The notes beneath the pieces are model-generated. The model did no database searches, was not told the origin of the DNA, and saw nothing but the letters and a program-made list of their open reading frames with translations. Shown here piece by piece: positions 47,621-57,811 of a stretch of 64,000 nt of DNA (positions are counted from its first letter, which is position 1; every line of letters starts with the position of its first letter). The translations under genes and the position numbers were made by a program. Origin of the DNA: Alphaproteobacteria bacterium (lineage in GTDB: Bacteria; Pseudomonadota; Alphaproteobacteria; SP197); assembly GCA_965228895.1 (NCBI GenBank), contig OZ245842.1, positions 1,088,001-1,152,000 on the forward strand, given 5' to 3'.

Positions 47621-50038
47621 CTAGCCGCGCAACCTCTCGTTTGCCGGATCGAACAAGGGCTCGGGTTCCACTCGGGCCGGGCGCATATCACCCAGGATCT
47701 CGATCGCGAAACCGTCGGCGGTGACGTCGACATCCGGATTGAGGTAGGCGAGCGCGATGCTTTTGTCGACCACATGGCCATAGCCGCCCGACGAGACGAC
47801 GCCGGCGACCTCGCCGTTCAGCAGCACCGGTTCGTTAGCCCAGCAGTCGGCGTCGTCGGCGTCGACGGTCATGGTGACGAGTTTCCAGCGCAGGCCCTGG
47901 TTATGGCTCGCGATCAAACCGGCGCGGCCGATGAAGTCGCCCTTGTCCAGCTTGACGAACCGGTCGAGGCCGGCCTCGAAGGGCGTGGTGTCGGCGGTGA
48001 ACTCCATGCCCCAGCGCCCGTAGCTCTTCTCGAGCCTCAGGCTATCGAGCGCCCGGCCACCGGCGAGCGACAGGCCCATATCGGCGCCGGCCTTCCGCAG
48101 GGTGTCGTAGACATGCATCTGGTATTCGGCGGGCATGTGGAGCTCGTAGCCGAGATCGCCGGTGAACGAGACGCGCATCACCCGGCACGGCGCCATGCCG
48201 ACATCCATGTCGCGGGCGGTCATGAAGGGCATGGCCTCAGCAGATACGTCGTCGCGGGTCACCGCGGACAGCAGGTCGCGCGACAGCGGCCCGGCGATCG
48301 CCAGACCGGCGCGTTCCGTTGTCTCCGAGCGAATGGTGACACCGGAGGGCGGCATGTGCTCGTCCCACCAGCGGCGGTGGAAGCGCTCGGCGGTGCCGCC
48401 GCCGACCACATAGAAGCACTCCGGCCCCAGCCGTGTCAGGGTGAAATCGCCGATGATGCCGCCCTTGGCGTTCAGCATCGGCGCCAGCACCATGCGCCCG
48501 GTCTTCTGCGGTATGCGGCAGGCGAGCACGCGGTCCAGGAACGCTTCGGCGCCCGGGCCTTCGACCAGGTATTTGGCGAAGGTCGAGATCTCCAGCATGC
48601 CGACGCCCGCGCGCAGCGCCCGGCATTCCTCGCCGACCGGTTCGAACCAGTTGGGGCGGCGGAAGCTCAGGATGTCGCGGCCTTCGACGCCGTTCTTGGC
48701 GAACCATAGCGGCCGCTCGAAGCCATAGGCCGAGCCGAACACCGCACCTTCTTCCTTGAGCCGGTCATAGACCGGCGAGGTGCGTAGCGGCCGTCCCGCC
48801 GGACGTTCCTCGGCCGGGAACGCAATGGCGAAGCGCATGCCGTAGTTCTCGGCCGACTTGACGAGGGTGTAGCTCTTGGTCGCCCATTCGCCGAAACGCG
48901 CGACATCCATCGGGAAGAGATCGAGCGGCGGGCTGCCTTCGACGATCCATTCGGCGAGTGCCCAGCCGACACCGGCGCTTTCCGAAAAGCCGGGGATCAT
49001 GCCGCAGGCAACGAAGTGGTTGCTCAGCCCCGGCATCGGCCCGATCAGCACCGTGCTATCCGGTGAATACATCATGGGCCCATTGACGACGCGCTTGATG
49101 CCGGCATTGGCAAAGCACGGCACCAGCGCGATCGCCGCTTCCATATTGGGCATCATACGTTCGATGTCGTCGGGCAAGAGCTCCTGGGCGAAATCCATCG
49201 GCGTGCCGTCGATCGACCAGTGGCGGCCGTGGCGTTCGTAGGCGCCGAGCAACAGGCCGTCGCGTTCCTGGCGCAGATAGAACTCGCCGTCCTGGTCGCG
49301 GGTCAGCGGAATTTCGAAATCCAGCGCGGCGACTTCCGGTACCGTCTCGGTCACCACGTATTGATGCTCCATGGGCACGAGCGGCAGGCGGTAGCCGGCC
49401 ATGGCGGCGACCTCGCGGGCCCAAAGGCCGGCGACATTGATGACGATCTCCGCGTGCACCGTGCCCTTGGGCGTCGCGACATCCCAGGTGCCGTCCGGGC
49501 GCTGCGACAGGGCTTCGACCGGGCACTGGCGTTCGATCGCCGCGCCGCCCATACGCGCACCCTTGGCAAAGGCGTGGGTGACGCCACTGGGATCGACATG
49601 GCCGTCGTCGGGACCGTACATGCCGCCCAAGACCCGCTCGGTATCGACGAGCGGGTTGATCTTTTTGATGTCCTCGACGCCGACCATCTCCAGATCGATG
49701 CCCAAATAGCGGGCACGGGCGCGTTGGACCTTCAGCTCGTCCAGGCGGTCCTGACTGGTCGCCAGATAAATGCCGCCGCAGCGGTGCAGCCCGACCGACT
49801 GCTCGGTCTCTTCTTCCAGCTTGCTGTAGAGCTTGAGCGTGTAGTCATGCAGCCGCGCGATGCTGGCATTGGCGTGCATGGCGTGAATGTTCGCGGCGGC
49901 ATGCCAGGTCGAGCCGGCGGTCAGCTCGGCGCGTTCCAGGAGCATGATGTCCGACCAGCCGAGTTTGGTCAGGTGGTAGAGGATGCTGCATCCAAGAACG
50001 CCGCCGCCGATGACGACGGCTCGGGTTTCGGTTTTCAT
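47621..50038 (-). CDS. GcvT-family FAD oxidoreductase (dimethylglycine/sarcosine dehydrogenase-like)
   Basis: GGGVLG, TAGSTWHAA, RVSFTGDLGYELH, SLRLEKSY. Confidence 0.92.
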   Translation of the reverse strand: MKTETRAVVIGGGVLGCSILYHLTKLGWSDIMLLERAELTAGSTWHAAANIHAMHANASIARLHDYTLKLYSKLEEETEQSVGLHRCGGIYLATSQDRLDELKVQRARARYLGIDLEMVGVEDIKKINPLVDTERVLGGMYGPDDGHVDPSGVTHAFAKGARMGGAAIERQCPVEALSQRPDGTWDVATPKGTVHAEIVINVAGLWAREVAAMAGYRLPLVPMEHQYVVTETVPEVAALDFEIPLTRDQDGEFYLRQERDGLLLGAYERHGRHWSIDGTPMDFAQELLPDDIERMMPNMEAAIALVPCFANAGIKRVVNGPMMYSPDSTVLIGPMPGLSNHFVACGMIPGFSESAGVGWALAEWIVEGSPPLDLFPMDVARFGEWATKSYTLVKSAENYGMRFAIAFPAEERPAGRPLRTSPVYDRLKEEGAVFGSAYGFERPLWFAKNGVEGRDILSFRRPNWFEPVGEECRALRAGVGMLEISTFAKYLVEGPGAEAFLDRVLACRIPQKTGRMVLAPMLNAKGGIIGDFTLTRLGPECFYVVGGGTAERFHRRWWDEHMPPSGVTIRSETTERAGLAIAGPLSRDLLSAVTRDDVSAEAMPFMTARDMDVGMAPCRVMRVSFTGDLGYELHMPAEYQMHVYDTLRKAGADMGLSLAGGRALDSLRLEKSYGRWGMEFTADTTPFEAGLDRFVKLDKGDFIGRAGLIASHNQGLRWKLVTMTVDADDADCWANEPVLLNGEVAGVVSSGGYGHVVDKSIALAYLNPDVDVTADGFAIEILGDMRPARVEPEPLFDPANERLRG

Positions 50039-50205
50039 GGGGCGAGGGGGCTCTCTTTGGTTTGATCGCGTTATGCTGCCGCAGTCGCGGGCCCACGCAT
50101 AGCCCAAAGCCGCCCTGAAGTGCCCAAACGCGCCAAAGAGATTTCCTCTCGGCCCCGATCTGCTCTAAAGCTGGAGGGTCGATCCAATCCACCCGTTCCT
50201 ATGTG

Positions 50206-51420
50206 ATGCCCGATAAGCCGCACGCGATAGCCAGCGAGGATGCGCCGCCGACGCCGGCACGGCGCCCGCTGCTGATCATCCTGATCCTGGTCGCGGCGAT
50301 GGGGCCGCTGGCGCTGCAAATCCTGGTACCGTCCATGCCGGGGCTGGTCGAGGTCTTCGCGCAGCCCTATCACATCGTGCAGCTCTCTTTGATGCTGTTC
50401 CTGATCGGGTTGGCGGTGGCACAGCTTGTCTACGGGCCGCTGTCAGACCGGTTCGGCCGCCGCCCGGTCATGCTGGCGGGAATCGGAATCTATCTGGTCG
50501 GCACGCTGGTCTGCATGATCGCGCCGACGATCGAGGTCCTGCTGGCCGGACGTGTCATGCAGGCGGTCGGCGGCTGCGCCGGCATGGTGCTGAGCCGGGC
50601 GATCGTCCGGGACCTCTACGAGCGTGACAGGGCGGCCAGCATGATCGCCTATATCACGGTCGCCATGGTCGTCGCGCCGATGATCGGTCCGATCATCGGC
50701 AGCACGCTCGACCTGTGGTTCGGCTGGCAGGCGGTGTTCGGCTTTGTGCTCGCCTATGGCGTCCTGGTCATGAGCGTGTGCCTGTTCGGCCTGCACGAGA
50801 CCTTGAAGTCGCGCGCCGTGTTGTCGCGCAGCGCGGACCTGATCGGCGGGTTCGGTTACCTGCTGCGTTCGCGCGCATTCCTGGGCTACAGCCTGCAGGT
50901 CAGTTTCACGTCCGGCACCTTCTTCAGCTTCCTGGGTGGCGCCGCCTATGTCGTTGTCGATGTCCTGGGCGGCACGGCGGTCGACTACGGCATATGGTTC
51001 CTGGTCATTTCGGCGGGGTACATGTCCGGCAACTTTGTTGCCGGGCGCATCACGCCGCGCGTCGGCTCCGACCTGATGATCACGTTCGGTACGCTGATTT
51101 CGATGCTGGGTACGATCGTACTTCTGGTCGTGACGCTGGCCGGCGGACTGACCATTGCGTCCCTGTTCATCGTTTGCATCAGCGTCTCGTTCGGCAACGG
51201 ATTTGCCATGCCCAACGGCTTCGCCGGTGCGGTCAGTGTTGACCCCAATCGCGCCGGCGCCGCGTCGGGACTGTGCGGTTTCATGCAGATGACCATCAGC
51301 GCCGCCATGATGCGCTTTGTCGGCGTCTGGCTGGACGAAACTGCGCTGCCCATGGTGGCGATGATGCTGACCGGCGCGATCCTCGCTTTTCTCGTTCATC
51401 AATGGGGCACGCGACGCTGA
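50206..51420 (+). CDS. Bcr/CflA family MFS efflux transporter
   Basis: QLVYGPLSDRFGRRPV, RAIVRDLY, APMIGPIIG. Confidence 0.9.
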   Translation: MPDKPHAIASEDAPPTPARRPLLIILILVAAMGPLALQILVPSMPGLVEVFAQPYHIVQLSLMLFLIGLAVAQLVYGPLSDRFGRRPVMLAGIGIYLVGTLVCMIAPTIEVLLAGRVMQAVGGCAGMVLSRAIVRDLYERDRAASMIAYITVAMVVAPMIGPIIGSTLDLWFGWQAVFGFVLAYGVLVMSVCLFGLHETLKSRAVLSRSADLIGGFGYLLRSRAFLGYSLQVSFTSGTFFSFLGGAAYVVVDVLGGTAVDYGIWFLVISAGYMSGNFVAGRITPRVGSDLMITFGTLISMLGTIVLLVVTLAGGLTIASLFIVCISVSFGNGFAMPNGFAGAVSVDPNRAGAASGLCGFMQMTISAAMMRFVGVWLDETALPMVAMMLTGAILAFLVHQWGTRR

Positions 51421-51485
51421 CAGCCCCGACCGGCGCCCTTATGATGCACCGCAACATAACCCTGTGAGATGGTGGCGAGGTGGCG

Positions 51486-52460
51486 ATGAAGGCTGTGAGG
51501 TGTGTTGAACTGGGCGGGCCCGACAAGCTGACGATCCAGGATTTACCCGTGCCGGAGCCCGGTGTGGATCAGGTCCGGCTCAAGGTCGCCGGTTGCGGTG
51601 TCAACTTTGCCGACTCCCTGATCATCCAGGGCAAGTACCAGCATAAGCCGGACCTGCCTTTTACGCCTGGCATGGAGGTTGGCGGCACGATTACCGCGAT
51701 CGGCGCTGGTGTTGAGACGCTCAAACCCGGCCAGACGGTGATCGGCATGACGGGAACCGGCGGGTTCGCCGAGGAGGTCGTGTGTCCGGCACGCGATGTG
51801 ATGGTCTGCCCTGACGGCCTGGATCCGGTCATCGCGGCATCGCTGCCCGTGGCCTACGGCACGGCCCATCTTGGTCTCGATCACCGTGCCCGCCTGCAGC
51901 CCGGCGAGACGCTTCTGGTGCATGGTGCCTCCGGCGGCGTCGGGCTGGCCGCGGTCGAGGTCGGCAAGGCCATGGGCGCCACGGTCATCGCCACGGCGAG
52001 CAGCGCCGACAAGCTTGCGATTGCCCGGGAGCACGGCGCCGATCACCTGATCAACTATGCGGACGGCCCGTTCAAGGATGAGGTCAAGGCGCTGACGGAC
52101 GGGCGCGGCGCCGATGTCATCTTCGATCCCGTCGGCGGCGACGTCTTCGATCAATCCCTGCGCTGCATCGCTTGGGAGGGCCGTTTGCTGGTCGTCGGGT
52201 TTGCCTCCGGCCGTATCCCCGAGGCGCCGGCCAACCTGACCCTGGTCAAGAACATGGCCATCATGGGGGTTTTCTGGGGCGCCTACCGCGAGAAGGATCC
52301 GGCGGTCATGACCGCCTCGTTCGCGACGTTGTCGGACTGGCTGATGGCCGGAAAGTTGAGACCGTTGGTGTCGAAGACCTACGGACTCGACGACACCGCC
52401 CAGGCGATCACCGATTTGATGGAGCGCCGAGCGAAGGGCAAAATCGTCGTGACGCCCTAG
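51486..52460 (+). CDS. NADPH:quinone oxidoreductase (MDR family)
   Basis: GVNFAD, PFTPGME, HGASGGVG, VGFASG. Confidence 0.9.
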   Translation: MKAVRCVELGGPDKLTIQDLPVPEPGVDQVRLKVAGCGVNFADSLIIQGKYQHKPDLPFTPGMEVGGTITAIGAGVETLKPGQTVIGMTGTGGFAEEVVCPARDVMVCPDGLDPVIAASLPVAYGTAHLGLDHRARLQPGETLLVHGASGGVGLAAVEVGKAMGATVIATASSADKLAIAREHGADHLINYADGPFKDEVKALTDGRGADVIFDPVGGDVFDQSLRCIAWEGRLLVVGFASGRIPEAPANLTLVKNMAIMGVFWGAYREKDPAVMTASFATLSDWLMAGKLRPLVSKTYGLDDTAQAITDLMERRAKGKIVVTP

Positions 52461-52483
52461 ACCGTCTCGTTAGCGGCGGCCTT

Positions 52484-53296
52484 CTAGCCGCGATCAGGCC
52501 ACGCTGCGATGATCGCGGACAACAGGGCGCTGACATCCTCGGCGGCAGCTGCGGCCGTTTCCATGACTTCTTCGGCGCTGGGCGGTGTGTCGACCAGGCC
52601 TGCTGCCATATTGGTCATCAGGGAGAGGCCGAGGACACGCAGGCCCGCCTGGCGCGCGGCGATAACCTCCTGCACCGTCGACATGCCGACGGCATCCGCC
52701 CCCAGGGTGCGAAAGGCGCGGATCTCCGCCGGCGTCTCGAAGCTGGGCCCGGTTACCGCCAGATAGACGCCTTCGGCGAGCGGCACGTCGTGCGCGCGAG
52801 CGACGCGGTGCGCAAGCTGACGTAGCTCGCCGTCATAGGCGTCGTTCATCGGTACAAAGCGTTCGCCGTGGGCGGGGTCGTGGGGGCCGGCCAGCGTGTT
52901 CGCGCCCTGCAGATTGATGTGGTCGTTGATCACCATGATTTGGCCCGGCGGCGTCTCGGGGTCGAGCGATCCCGCTGCGTTGGTGACGATCAGGCCCTGG
53001 CAGCCGAGGTCGGCGAGCGTGCGGATGGGAACGGCGAGTTGGGTTGGAGCGACGCCTTCATAGAGGTGGGCGCGGCCGTTGAGGCAGACGACCGCGCGCC
53101 CGCCGATCGCGCCCAGGACCAGTTCGCCCGGGTGGGTCTGGTTGGTGCAGAGAGGAAATCCATCGAGCTCGCGATAGGGAATGCGGACGATGGATTCCAG
53201 GTGTTCCGCGAAACCGGCGAGGCCCGAACCCAGGACAAGGCCGATCTCAGGGACAAGGCCTGTCGATCGATCGCGTATCTGTTCGGTGGCCCTCAT
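52484..53296 (-). CDS. Purine-nucleoside phosphorylase (trimeric XapA/PunA type)
   Basis: [33 protein letters not shown]. Confidence 0.93.
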   Translation of the reverse strand: MRATEQIRDRSTGLVPEIGLVLGSGLAGFAEHLESIVRIPYRELDGFPLCTNQTHPGELVLGAIGGRAVVCLNGRAHLYEGVAPTQLAVPIRTLADLGCQGLIVTNAAGSLDPETPPGQIMVINDHINLQGANTLAGPHDPAHGERFVPMNDAYDGELRQLAHRVARAHDVPLAEGVYLAVTGPSFETPAEIRAFRTLGADAVGMSTVQEVIAARQAGLRVLGLSLMTNMAAGLVDTPPSAEEVMETAAAAAEDVSALLSAIIAAWPDRG

Positions 53297-53775
53297 TCCC
53301 CGCCGAGGCGTTCCGCGACAGGCCGCGCATAGTGCAGCTCGGTATCCCAGGGAAAGTGAATCCAGGTGTCCTGGCTGACCTCGGTCAAAAACAGGTCGAC
53401 CAGCGGCCGGCCTTCCGGCTTGGCGTAGACGGTGGCAAAAAACGCCTTGGGCAGCATGTCGCGGACGACGCGGGCGGTCTTGCCCGTATCGACGAGGTCG
53501 TCGATCAGGAGCGTGCCTTCACCGTCGCCAACGACGCCCTTCAAGATGCTCATCTCGCCCTGGTTTTGATGGTCGTAGGACGCGATGCAGACGGTGTCGA
53601 CCAGACGAATGTCGAGCTCGCGCGCGACAATCGCCGCCGGCACCAGGCCGCCGCGCGTGATGGCGACAATGCGCGACCATGACCCCATGCCGTTCAGACG
53701 CCACGACAGGGCGCGCGTATCGCGGTGCAGCTGGTCCCAGGAAACGGCGAAATTTTTGTCCGGCGGCATGTCCAT
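53293..53775 (-). CDS. gpt: Xanthine phosphoribosyltransferase
   Basis: [38 protein letters not shown]. Confidence 0.95.
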   Translation of the reverse strand: MDMPPDKNFAVSWDQLHRDTRALSWRLNGMGSWSRIVAITRGGLVPAAIVARELDIRLVDTVCIASYDHQNQGEMSILKGVVGDGEGTLLIDDLVDTGKTARVVRDMLPKAFFATVYAKPEGRPLVDLFLTEVSQDTWIHFPWDTELHYARPVAERLGGE

Positions 53776-53925
53776 GACCGCCTGTGTAGCGTCCCGCGCA
53801 CCGAGTCGTAAAGGTGCTGGGCCAGTTTGATCGGCGACCGCCACGAATCTGCTTTTCCCGGCCCGCATTTGGTGAAACGTTTCGAGTCTTAAGAGGCTGG
53901 GAAGACACCGGAAGGGCATTGAGCC

Positions 53926-54906
53926 ATGAGCGAACAGGCGCTATCGGCCCAGCCGCGCGACGAAACGGTCAAGGGCATCGTATTCCTGCTGGTCGCGATC
54001 GCCATTTTCTCGATCCAGGACGTGATCGTGAAAGAGATGAGCGATACCTATCCGGTGTTGGAGTTCGTCTTCGTTCGCTCGGCCGCGTCGCTGTTGCCGG
54101 TCGTTCTGCTGGTTTGGCTTGAGACACGCGGCAAGGGATTCAAGACCCAGAGGCCCTGGCTCCACACGATACGCGGCCTTGTTATGGTGCTGGCCTATAC
54201 GAACTACTACCTCGCCGTTGCCTCGATGCCGCTGGCGGCTGCCGTGGCGGTGTTTTTTGCCGGTCCGCTTTTTGTCACCGCGATTTCCGGTTTGATCATG
54301 CGCGAACCGGTCGGGCCGCGACGCTGGACGGCCGTGATTTTCGGTTTCATCGGCGTCTTGGTTATCGCCCGGCCCGGATTCGGTGTGTTCGAGTTGGGGG
54401 CCGTCTTCGCGGTCTTTTCGGCGCTCTGCTATGCGGTCGGCATGGTGATCACGCGGCAATTGGGACGCACCGACAGCGGCGCCGCCATGGTGCTGTCCCA
54501 GTCGCTTGTCTATTTGATCGTGGCGGGTATCGCCGGTCTCGCCATGCAGGATATTGCCGTCGAGCACGATGCCCACGCGGGCATTCAGTTTTTGCTGCGC
54601 GGCTGGGTCATGCCCGACTGGGAGGGCATTGGCCTCATGGTCTTGTGTGGCCTGATCGCGACGGTCGGATTCTACGGCATCGCCCAGGCCTACCGAATAG
54701 GCGCTTCCAGTGCTGTCGCGCCGTTCGAGTACAGCGGCATCCTGTGGGGCACGTTCTGGGGCTTTGCCATCTGGACGGAGGTGCCCGACTTTTGGACCGT
54801 GGTCGGCATCATCATCATTGTCGCCAGTGGCATCTACGTACTGCGTCGCGAGGCTCTCGTCGGACGCAAGGTCGTTACCGGGCGCAGTTTGCGTAACCGC
54901 ATGTAG
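53926..54906 (+). CDS. DMT/EamA family transporter
   Basis: About 10 TMs, [15 protein letters not shown]. Confidence 0.88.
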   Translation: MSEQALSAQPRDETVKGIVFLLVAIAIFSIQDVIVKEMSDTYPVLEFVFVRSAASLLPVVLLVWLETRGKGFKTQRPWLHTIRGLVMVLAYTNYYLAVASMPLAAAVAVFFAGPLFVTAISGLIMREPVGPRRWTAVIFGFIGVLVIARPGFGVFELGAVFAVFSALCYAVGMVITRQLGRTDSGAAMVLSQSLVYLIVAGIAGLAMQDIAVEHDAHAGIQFLLRGWVMPDWEGIGLMVLCGLIATVGFYGIAQAYRIGASSAVAPFEYSGILWGTFWGFAIWTEVPDFWTVVGIIIIVASGIYVLRREALVGRKVVTGRSLRNRM

Positions 54907-54918
54907 CAGGGATCTGCT

Positions 54919-55596
54919 CTAGGGCAGGCGAAACGCTTCGGGTACAAAGAAGATGTGGTCATCGCCTTGGACGTGTGCGGCAAGGTGACATGTGATGCAG
55001 TACTCGACGCGCTTGGCGCCGTCGCCCAGGGTCTGGCCATAGACCGTGCCGTCGGCCAGAACCAGCGTGTAGCGCCAGTTGCCGGAGACGTAGTTGAAGC
55101 CATCGTCCATCTTTTCCATGATGAACAGCGGTCCGGCTTCGACCACACCGTCCTCGGTGACGGTGAAGCTGTCTTTGACCAGGACCGATCCCGCCGGCAA
55201 GACGCCTGCGTCCTCGTAGAGGCCGTATGCATCCGCCTTGGCGTTTGCATAGTTGTTGACGAAACGCTGTCCGTGGGTTGCCGAACGGTAGGGCGCGGTG
55301 TTGAACCGCTGCCACGACCGGTACATCGTTGCGATGTCGAGCGGCGACATCGAGAGCACCGCCTCCATGCCGGGCGTCAGTTCATCATAGATCGCTTGAG
55401 CTTCCGGTCCACTCAGCGTCGCCGGATCGGTAACGCGGCTGTGCCGGCGTGGTTCGTCGGGATCGCCGCTGAAGTCTGAATCCGAGTACTGGATCGTGCT
55501 GCTGTCCTGCGCGGTCACGTCGACCGTAACCTGTAAAAAAACCAGGGTACCCAGGACGACCATGACTTGGCGCAAAAGCACGGTGGTTGACCTCAC
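54919..55596 (-). CDS. Cytochrome P460/c'-beta family protein
   Basis: SATHG.RFV, PAGSVLVKD, FIMEK, GNWRY, C-terminal CITCH. Confidence 0.8.
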   Translation of the reverse strand: MRSTTVLLRQVMVVLGTLVFLQVTVDVTAQDSSTIQYSDSDFSGDPDEPRRHSRVTDPATLSGPEAQAIYDELTPGMEAVLSMSPLDIATMYRSWQRFNTAPYRSATHGQRFVNNYANAKADAYGLYEDAGVLPAGSVLVKDSFTVTEDGVVEAGPLFIMEKMDDGFNYVSGNWRYTLVLADGTVYGQTLGDGAKRVEYCITCHLAAHVQGDDHIFFVPEAFRLP

Positions 55597-55749
55597 GAGG
55601 ACAGAGCGCCCACGACCACAACGATAGCGCGTTTACCGTTCACATAGGCTTCAACGCTTGGTAAGCGGCCCGTGACATCACGTTCGTGTGTACGAGACCC
55701 TTGACGCTCACAATCCGTGCGCCATGCTGCCGCCAGCTAGTGCGAGGAG

Positions 55750-56682
55750 ATGACCATGAGCGAACGGCCGAACGAACGCGTGGCCTATTTCAACGGCGAG
55801 ATCGTACCGGAAAGCCATGTGGTCGTGCCGTTCCGTGACAGAGGTTTCCGTTGGGGCGATGGCGCGTTCGACACCGAGCGCACGGTCAACGGCAAGATCT
55901 TCAAACTGCGGCCGCACATCGACCGCCTGTTTCGTTCGCTGCGTTACCTCAGGATCGAGATCGACGAAACGCGTGACGAAATCGCCGCGGCGACCGAGGA
56001 GGTGGTCGCCAGGAACCTGTCGCTGTTGCCGGAAGGCGAAGACTACTGGGTCTACCAAAACGTCTCGCGTGGCGCCGACTGGATCGGCGACGAACCGAAC
56101 CTGCGCAAGGGTCCGACCGTGATCGTGCATGTCCAGCCGCTGCCGCTGCGATCGCGCGCGGCCCTGTTTCGCGACGGCATTGAATTGATGGTGTCGCCGA
56201 TCCGCCGCACGCCGCCGGAAGCGCAAAGCCCGCGCGCCAAGCTGACCAACTACATCAACGTCACGCTGGCCGACATGCATGTGAAGTCGCAGAACCCGCA
56301 AGCCTGGGCGGCACTGCTCGACGTCAACGGCAATCTGAACGAAGGCACCGGACAGAACATGTTTCTGGTGCGCGACGGCGGGTTGCTGACGCCGCGCGGC
56401 GAAATGGTGCTGGAGGGCGTCAGCCGTCAGACGGTGTTCGAACTGGCCGAGACATGCGGCATTCCCGTGCGCGAGGCTGATCTCGACCTGTTCGATGCCT
56501 ATACGGCGGACGAGGCCTTTCTGTCATCGACCAGCCTGTGCATTTGCCCGGTCAGAAGCGTCGACAACCGGCCGCTCGCCAACCCGGCCATTCCGGGACC
56601 GGTCACGCGACGCCTGATGGATGCTTACAAGGACCTGCTCGACTTCGACTTTGAACAGCAATACCTGCAGTTCCTAAACTGA
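55750..56682 (+). CDS. Class IV PLP aminotransferase (branched-chain/D-amino acid type)
   Basis: DRGFRWGDGAFDT, AKLTNY, EGTGQN, LEGVSR, ADEAFL. Confidence 0.88.
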   Translation: MTMSERPNERVAYFNGEIVPESHVVVPFRDRGFRWGDGAFDTERTVNGKIFKLRPHIDRLFRSLRYLRIEIDETRDEIAAATEEVVARNLSLLPEGEDYWVYQNVSRGADWIGDEPNLRKGPTVIVHVQPLPLRSRAALFRDGIELMVSPIRRTPPEAQSPRAKLTNYINVTLADMHVKSQNPQAWAALLDVNGNLNEGTGQNMFLVRDGGLLTPRGEMVLEGVSRQTVFELAETCGIPVREADLDLFDAYTADEAFLSSTSLCICPVRSVDNRPLANPAIPGPVTRRLMDAYKDLLDFDFEQQYLQFLN

Positions 56683-57060
56683 CGTGTCGTCCTCGTCAGG
56701 ATCTTCTTCGTCATCCATGCCTGCCGGTGCGTTGGTGACGTAGATGTCGCCGTCCTTTTCGACCAGCAGGATGTCGCCTTCGATGCGATCGTCCGCGTCG
56801 GCGGCTTCGTTCAGCAGGAACCATACGGTTGCCGTCGCGGCGATCTGCGCTTCCAGGATGTTCTCGTCGATCAGTTCCTCGCCGATCCGGACATTGGCGC
56901 TGAGCATCGCGAGCGCCTTTTCGAACGCCTCGTCCAGGTCCGTGTCACCGCCGGAGAGATTGCTGGCGACGGTCTGGTAGTGCAGGTCGTCGACTTCGAA
57001 CAGGAAGGTCTCGCGACCTTCGTCGTCATCACCGAGGTTATAGTAAACGCGACGTGACAT
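56674..57060 (-). CDS. Acidic hypothetical protein
   Basis: 128-aa Asp/Glu-rich ORF with genome-like codon usage. Confidence 0.65.
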   Translation of the reverse strand: MSRRVYYNLGDDDEGRETFLFEVDDLHYQTVASNLSGGDTDLDEAFEKALAMLSANVRIGEELIDENILEAQIAATATVWFLLNEAADADDRIEGDILLVEKDGDIYVTNAPAGMDDEEDPDEDDTSV

Positions 57061-57085
57061 ACGCTTTGCCTAACGCTGGCCTAGT

Positions 57086-57736
57086 CTAAGGTGCGGAGTC
57101 GGACGACTGCGCGAACGAGATGGCGGGCATCACGTCATCCGGTGACCAACCGCCCACCCAGTCGTCGAGCGCCACGATCTCCGGCGGGACGCCATTGCCG
57201 TGGAACCATGAGTCGACGACATAGAGTTCGCCGGCGTCGACCTCGGCCAGGACGGCAGTCGTGTGCGGCCAGCCGTTGATGAAGAAACCGCGCGACACCG
57301 GGACACGGGGTTCGTGCCAACGCAGCAGCCCGGCTTCCTTCAGCATCACGAGATAGGTCGTCGTGTTGATCGTCTCGTCGATGCAGTCCTGCTGACCGGC
57401 TTCGCCGAACCCTTCAAACGTGCCGCCGACGTCTTCACCGGTCGGGGTCTTTTCGCCGACCGCCAGCTCGATGCCCGCAATCACCTCGGCGATAAGCCGA
57501 CGTTCCTCGGCGGCGCTTTCCGGCGGCTCCTGAAGCGGCGCCACCAGGTCATCCCATTCCCGCGTCAGGCTGACTCGCTCACTCAGCCGGCAGCCATAGC
57601 CGTGGCAAACGTTGAAGTTCGATGGCTTGGGGTCTTTGGCGGTGTGGCGTGCCAGATATTCCTCCGCCGGCCGTGACGTGGTCACGCAGGCGGTCAGCGC
57701 CAGGGCGCACAGGAATAGCGGAATGAGACGTATCAT
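57086..57736 (-). CDS. Hypothetical lipoprotein
   Basis: Lipobox LTAC; CHGYGC, QDCIDE, WPH, VDSWF motifs. Confidence 0.75.
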   Translation of the reverse strand: MIRLIPLFLCALALTACVTTSRPAEEYLARHTAKDPKPSNFNVCHGYGCRLSERVSLTREWDDLVAPLQEPPESAAEERRLIAEVIAGIELAVGEKTPTGEDVGGTFEGFGEAGQQDCIDETINTTTYLVMLKEAGLLRWHEPRVPVSRGFFINGWPHTTAVLAEVDAGELYVVDSWFHGNGVPPEIVALDDWVGGWSPDDVMPAISFAQSSDSAP

Positions 57737-57811
57737 GGGAAACCGCTGAAAACCGCCTTTTTTGGAGTGCCCGGGGGCGCCGATGCTAGGCCGCCCGACC
57801 GGACGACGCAA

